NCBI GenBank assembly: GCA_965249575.1
Contig: OZ252244.1
Coordinates: 1,376,001 to 1,440,000, forward strand
Direction of reading: 5' to 3'
DNA: 64,000 nt
DNA from: Gemmatimonadales bacterium
GTDB taxonomy: Bacteria > Gemmatimonadota > Gemmatimonadetes > Gemmatimonadales > GWC2-71-9
Shown one piece after another: positions 59,759 through 64,000 of this stretch. Positions within the stretch are counted from its first letter, which is position 1, and each line of letters begins with the position of its first letter. The translations under genes were made by a program, and so were the position numbers. Below the pieces are notes generated by a model. That model did not search any database and was not told the origin of the DNA. It worked only from the letters and a program-made list of their open reading frames with translations.

Positions 59759-60761
59759 GCGCGCCCGGCGCCGAACCCGCGCCCCTCAACCCGAACTACG
59801 TTGCGTCTGCGGACACGAGCTGGGGCGCTTCTGGCGTTTCTGCCCGAGCTGCGCCCGTCCGCAGACGTGGCGTGATGAGGCGCATCAGACCGGCGCGGAG
59901 TGCTACCGCTGCGGATGGGTTGTCTCCGACCGCTTTTCGTATTGCCCCTGGTGCGGCGCAGACATCTACGAGCCCGGACACTCGAGCGAGATAGCACTCA
60001 AAGCCCCCGGTGGATTCCGGTATCACGCGCGGTGCGATCACGGCTGCGGTGGCGGCGTACAATATCCCATGCCGCACTGCCCCTGGTGCGGGGAAGAGCA
60101 GACCTGGGGCGACGAGGGCGTCTTCGAAGGCAACTGTCCACACTGCTCCCGGGGTGTGGACGACTGGATGAACACCTGCCCATGGTGCGGTAAGAACGCC
60201 ACGGGACAGGATCAAATTCCCCGCGCACTGACTCGTGTCCGAAGACTCCTCATGACGTCCCGCATCCGCCTCTGGGGATATCGGGTACTGCTGCGTCCCG
60301 GCGTGTCCGGCGTCGACCCCCGCTGGCCGAAGATCGTCGAGATCGATCAGCGCTACGTCGTGGGCAAGCGGAAACGAGACGAGATCTCATGGTCGATGAT
60401 GGTCGGCCTTATCACGCACGAGCTGGGGCATTCGTTCCTGTGTCACCACTGGCGCTGGGCGAGGAGCGCCCGGTTTCGGCGAGCGTTTGGAGAAGTCGAC
60501 CAGGCGTACCGCGGCGTCGACGATACGTGGGTGGATTTCCAGCGCCGGCGAATCGCAACGACGCTCGTGCGCCACGTCAGCGGGTACGCGGCGACGCACC
60601 CCCAGGAGGACTTCGCTGAAACCTTTCGATTCTACGTGACCAGACGGGGACGGCTGCGCGAGCTGTTTGCGGAGCTGGGGCAAAAGCGGAAGGAAGTCGT
60701 GGTCTACGAGAAGTTCTTGGCCCTGCACGACTACGTGCGCTCGCTGAGGGGATGGCAATAG
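59748..60761 (+). CDS. Multi-zinc-ribbon protein with a C-terminal putative zinc metallopeptidase
   Basis: Eight Cys pairs (including CPWC three times); HELGH; YAATHPQEDFAETF. Confidence 0.85.
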   Translation: MGARRARRRTRAPQPELRCVCGHELGRFWRFCPSCARPQTWRDEAHQTGAECYRCGWVVSDRFSYCPWCGADIYEPGHSSEIALKAPGGFRYHARCDHGCGGGVQYPMPHCPWCGEEQTWGDEGVFEGNCPHCSRGVDDWMNTCPWCGKNATGQDQIPRALTRVRRLLMTSRIRLWGYRVLLRPGVSGVDPRWPKIVEIDQRYVVGKRKRDEISWSMMVGLITHELGHSFLCHHWRWARSARFRRAFGEVDQAYRGVDDTWVDFQRRRIATTLVRHVSGYAATHPQEDFAETFRFYVTRRGRLRELFAELGQKRKEVVVYEKFLALHDYVRSLRGWQ

Positions 60762-60837
60762 GGCTCGGTTGCAGGAGTGTCTCGGGTCGGCTCCGGGGGA
60801 GACGCGCTGGCGCCGCCTCCGGGCGGTCCCGCGCCCC

Positions 60838-61920
60838 ATGACCACGCAGACGGCGCTCGCGCTTTCAGACACCACCCGCCTCAAGCGTCGGATCGCCGCC
60901 CTCGCCGAAAACCGGCCGGGGGTCTATCGCATGCTCGACGGCGCAGGGCGCGTGATGTACGTGGGGAAAGCGAAGCGGGTACGGGCCCGGCTCCTGTCCT
61001 ACTTTCGAGCCAACGCGGCCGACGACAAAGCAGGGCGCATCGTCGCCGCCGCGGAAAACGTCGAGTGGGATTACACACCCTCGGAGTTCGCCGCGCACCT
61101 CACTGAGCTCCGACAGATCAAGCGTCACCGACCGCCGTTCAATGTCCGAATGAACCGTGCCCGGCGAGCGGCAATGCTCAAAGTATCCGGCGGCGCGGCT
61201 CCCAGAATCTACGCGGTGCGCTCAGTCGGATCGGACGACGCGCGCTACTATGGTCCCTTTGGGAGCCCTTTCAGACTCACGAGCGTCGTCCGCACGCTGA
61301 ACGACCTACTCGGCCTCCGAGACTGCGCGCTCACCACGCCAATCGTCTACGCCGAGCAGTGCGACTTGTTCACCTGCGGTCGCCGCGCGGCTTGCATGCG
61401 GCACGAGCTTGGCACGTGCACGGGCCCATGTGCCGGCTTCGTCACGAAACGGGAGTATCTCGATCGCGTCGGGACCGCGGTGGCCTTCCTGGAAGGGCGG
61501 GGGGTGAGCCCGGTGGATCGGGTGGTGGCCGGGATGATCGAAGCCAGTGATGCGAACGAGTTCGAGCTGGCTGCCCGGTGGCGGGAGCGGTTTGACGATT
61601 TGGAGTGGCTCTTGGGCGCGGTGAGCCGCACCCGTGCGTTCATCGAGGCCCTCACATTCATATACCTGGACCCGGGCGCGTATGGGGACGATCACGCCTA
61701 CATCATACGGCGAGCCACCGTGCGAGCATCGGCCGGCGCCCCCCACACCCCGATCGAACGAGAGGCGTTCAAGTCGCTGATCGCTGAGCACATAGATCCG
61801 GAGCCCGCGCCCGGGCCGCTGCCGGTGGAGTCAATGGACGAAATGCTCCTTCTCATGAGCTGGTTCCGCCAGCACCCGGGAGCCATGCTCCGCACGATCC
61901 CCCTAGGCGAGTGGCGCTAG
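60838..61920 (+). CDS. UvrC N-terminal-like (Cho-like) GIY-YIG/UVR nuclease
   Basis: PGVYRM...YVGKAK..R.RL.SYF; Cys cluster; FELAARWR; no RNase H-like or HhH C-terminal half. Confidence 0.88.
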   Translation: MTTQTALALSDTTRLKRRIAALAENRPGVYRMLDGAGRVMYVGKAKRVRARLLSYFRANAADDKAGRIVAAAENVEWDYTPSEFAAHLTELRQIKRHRPPFNVRMNRARRAAMLKVSGGAAPRIYAVRSVGSDDARYYGPFGSPFRLTSVVRTLNDLLGLRDCALTTPIVYAEQCDLFTCGRRAACMRHELGTCTGPCAGFVTKREYLDRVGTAVAFLEGRGVSPVDRVVAGMIEASDANEFELAARWRERFDDLEWLLGAVSRTRAFIEALTFIYLDPGAYGDDHAYIIRRATVRASAGAPHTPIEREAFKSLIAEHIDPEPAPGPLPVESMDEMLLLMSWFRQHPGAMLRTIPLGEWR

Positions 61921-61952
61921 CAATGAACGGCACCAAGCGCTCGGAGCAGCGC

Positions 61953-62444
61953 TCAGGCGCCCGCTCGCTCTTCCAACCAAACGAGACGCGCCCGCGGCGG
62001 TAGGCCAGGTTCGAACTCCATGATGCCCACCGAGGGTTTGAGATCGAATCGCCGGGGGCCGGCGGCCCCGGGGTTCATGATCGTCACCGTCGAGTCGACG
62101 AGCTCCAAAAGAGGCTGGTGGGTGTGCCCGAACACGATAACCTCCGCCGCTGGGTAGGCGTCGTGCAGTGACGAAGGCGTGGGTGATCCGAACTGGTCCC
62201 CGTGCGTCACCACGATGCTCAGACCGTCCAGCTCCAGCTCGGCGACACGCGAGCACCTGGCGCGTACGACCGGACCGTCGGTGTTTCCGTACACCGCCGT
62301 CACAGGCGCCAACACCTCGAGCTCCGTCAGGAGATCCGCGGGGCCGACATCGCCCGCGTGGAGGATGTGATCCACACGGCCGAACACCTCGAAGACCTCG
62401 GGGCGAAGCTGGCCGTGAGTGTCGGCGATCACCCCCAAACGCAT
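61953..62444 (-). CDS. YfcE-family metallophosphoesterase
   Basis: DTHG, HAGD, GNTD, THG, GHTH and NPG motifs; GGAGG RBS. Confidence 0.93.
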   Translation of the reverse strand: MRLGVIADTHGQLRPEVFEVFGRVDHILHAGDVGPADLLTELEVLAPVTAVYGNTDGPVVRARCSRVAELELDGLSIVVTHGDQFGSPTPSSLHDAYPAAEVIVFGHTHQPLLELVDSTVTIMNPGAAGPRRFDLKPSVGIMEFEPGLPPRARLVWLEERAGA

Positions 62445-62493
62445 GCCACCTCCGCAGGTGGCATCAAGTTCGACAGGAACCCGCGCCAGTTCC

Positions 62494-63084
62494 TCACGTC
62501 CCCCCCTTCCAACGTGGGACCAGCGACGTTTCGACCCCCATGTGATCCAGAATCCGCTGCACGATGAAGTCGACCAGCTCCTGCACACTGGTCGGGCGGT
62601 GATAGAAGCCCGGAGCTGCGGGAATCACGATCGCCCCGGCCTCCGTGACCGCGGCGAGATTGCGCAGATGCACGAGCGAAAACGGGGTTTCGCGGGGCAC
62701 GAGGATCAGGGACCGCCGCTCTTTGAGAGCGACGTCCGCCGCCCGTTCGATGAGCGATCGGCTGGAGCCGTGCGCGACCGCGGAGACCGTTCCCATCGAG
62801 CAGGGACAGATGACCATCCCGGCGCTTCGCGCTGACCCGGACGCGGGCGTGGCTCCTCGGTCGCCGTCATCGAATACGTCGACACGCGCCCAGTCACCGC
62901 CGGTGGTGTCTTTCAGCTCATCGACGCTCCCAATCCCGATCTCGGTTTGCAACAATCGCCAACCGTGACCGGAGACGATCAACTGGACGGGAATGCCACC
63001 GCGCGCGAGTTGCTCCAGAAGACGAACCGCATACGGCGCCCCAGATGCGCCGGTGATGGCGAGGATCCACGGAAGCGCCGTCAG
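62494..63084 (-). CDS. ubiX: Flavin prenyltransferase UbiX; probable CTG start
   Basis: AITGASG upstream of the ORF-track start, in frame; ASGS, PCSMGT, RAADVALKERR, PRETP and PGFYH motifs. Confidence 0.95.
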   Translation of the reverse strand: MTALPWILAITGASGAPYAVRLLEQLARGGIPVQLIVSGHGWRLLQTEIGIGSVDELKDTTGGDWARVDVFDDGDRGATPASGSARSAGMVICPCSMGTVSAVAHGSSRSLIERAADVALKERRSLILVPRETPFSLVHLRNLAAVTEAGAIVIPAAPGFYHRPTSVQELVDFIVQRILDHMGVETSLVPRWKGGT

Positions 63085-63256
63085 CTCCCTCTCCGGTTAG
63101 GCGTCGGTGAGCGGGGCGGGTGCTTGACGGGAAACGGCGACGGCGCCACTGGGTGCGGATCTCGTGGCCGAATTTCTCGCCGGCCTCTGGATCGCCGCGA
63201 GCGGGCGGGCGCCCGCTTTCTCGGTCGACCCCCAGGATCGCCCGGGCGACATCGCG

Positions 63257-64000
63257 TCACAGCAGGCGATCCACCAACGTCCCCAGGAAGAACAGGATGC
63301 TCACCACCCCGTTCATGGTGAAGAACGCCGCGTTCAGGCGGCTCAGGTCGCCGGGACGAAGGAGCCGGTGCTCCCAGACGATCGATGCCGCGGCGGCCGC
63401 GAGGCCGACGTAGTAGACCAGGCCGAGCTGAGCCCCGACGCCGAACGCCACCAATAGCACGACAGCCAGTCCGTGCATCAGCCGAGCTGCCGCGATGCTG
63501 CTGCGCTCGCCGAGTGCGACCACCGCACTCCGAACGCCGTGCGCACGGTCGAATACCTCGTCTTGCAGCGCGTAGAAGATATCGAATCCCGCCACCCAGC
63601 TCATGAGGGCGCCCGACAGCGCGAACAGCGTCCACGCTGGCGTGCTCCACGATCCCGTGACCGCCAGATATCCTCCGACGGGTGCGATGGCGAGCGCCGC
63701 CCCGAGCCACACGTGGGACCAGCTCGTGAAGCGCTTCGCATAGCTGTATGCGAGGATCCAAATGAGCGCCAGAGGGCTCAACGCGAGGCACACCCGGTTC
63801 AAGAGGCCCGCCGCGACCATGAACACGATCGAGGACACCCCGACGGCCACCGCAGCCTGGCCGACCGTGAGCCGCCCCGTCGGGATCTCTCGTCCGCTCG
63901 TGCGCGGATTCCGGGCGTCCATCTCGCGATCGACGATGCGATTGAATCCCATCGCGGCAAACCGCGCCGCGGAGAACGCTATCAAGACCAACACGACGTC
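63257..64000 (-). CDS. UbiA-family prenyltransferase (MqnP-like); 5' end outside the window
   Basis: ARFAAMGFNRIVDREMDARNPRT, YSYAKRFT, GFDIFYALQD and AFFTMNG motifs. Confidence 0.92.
   Translation of the reverse strand, partial: DVVLVLIAFSAARFAAMGFNRIVDREMDARNPRTSGREIPTGRLTVGQAAVAVGVSSIVFMVAAGLLNRVCLALSPLALIWILAYSYAKRFTSWSHVWLGAALAIAPVGGYLAVTGSWSTPAWTLFALSGALMSWVAGFDIFYALQDEVFDRAHGVRSAVVALGERSSIAAARLMHGLAVVLLVAFGVGAQLGLVYYVGLAAAAASIVWEHRLLRPGDLSRLNAAFFTMNGVVSILFFLGTLVDRLL

Noticed and set aside
63081..63260. Arg/Pro-rich small ORF bridging mqnP-like and ubiX
   Set aside because: It overlaps both neighbours neatly but is low-complexity with no recognisable motif; support is insufficient.

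Overview
High-GC bacterial chromosomal segment. The gene repertoire suggests Gemmatimonadota, but this is inference and was not tested. The left ~31 kb is accessory and dominated by exported proteins: a DUF5916-type surface protein whose N-terminal ~700 bp is extremely G/T-skewed (GRINS-like), a six-gene probably all-exported redox operon (cyt c, PQQ dehydrogenase, FAH-family, NHL/PAL-like propeller, cyt c, Tat flavo-oxidase), many beta-propeller proteins (PD40, LVIVD-type x2, YVTN), an S9 protein lacking the catalytic Asp/His, a VOC-GNAT-cyt c/PQQ block between direct repeats, and tRNA-Leu(TAG). Many genes in this half carry single-base frameshifts or deletions, which may be real decay or read errors. 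The right ~33 kb is mostly core: nadA-nadC, tig-clpP-clpX-engB, PilB/GspE-REC, trpE, FHA-GAF adenylate cyclase, maf-dtd-glmS-glmM, a Cys/Met PLP enzyme, M48 protease, purD, mutM, an ATP-grasp plus zinc-ribbon metallopeptidase pair, a UvrC-like nuclease, a phosphoesterase, ubiX and mqnP-like. It also holds a Fur-boxed ApbE/porin/FMN-binding/cytochrome-b operon. Three conserved genes appear to start at CTG. No CRISPR, integrase, transposase or rRNA was seen.
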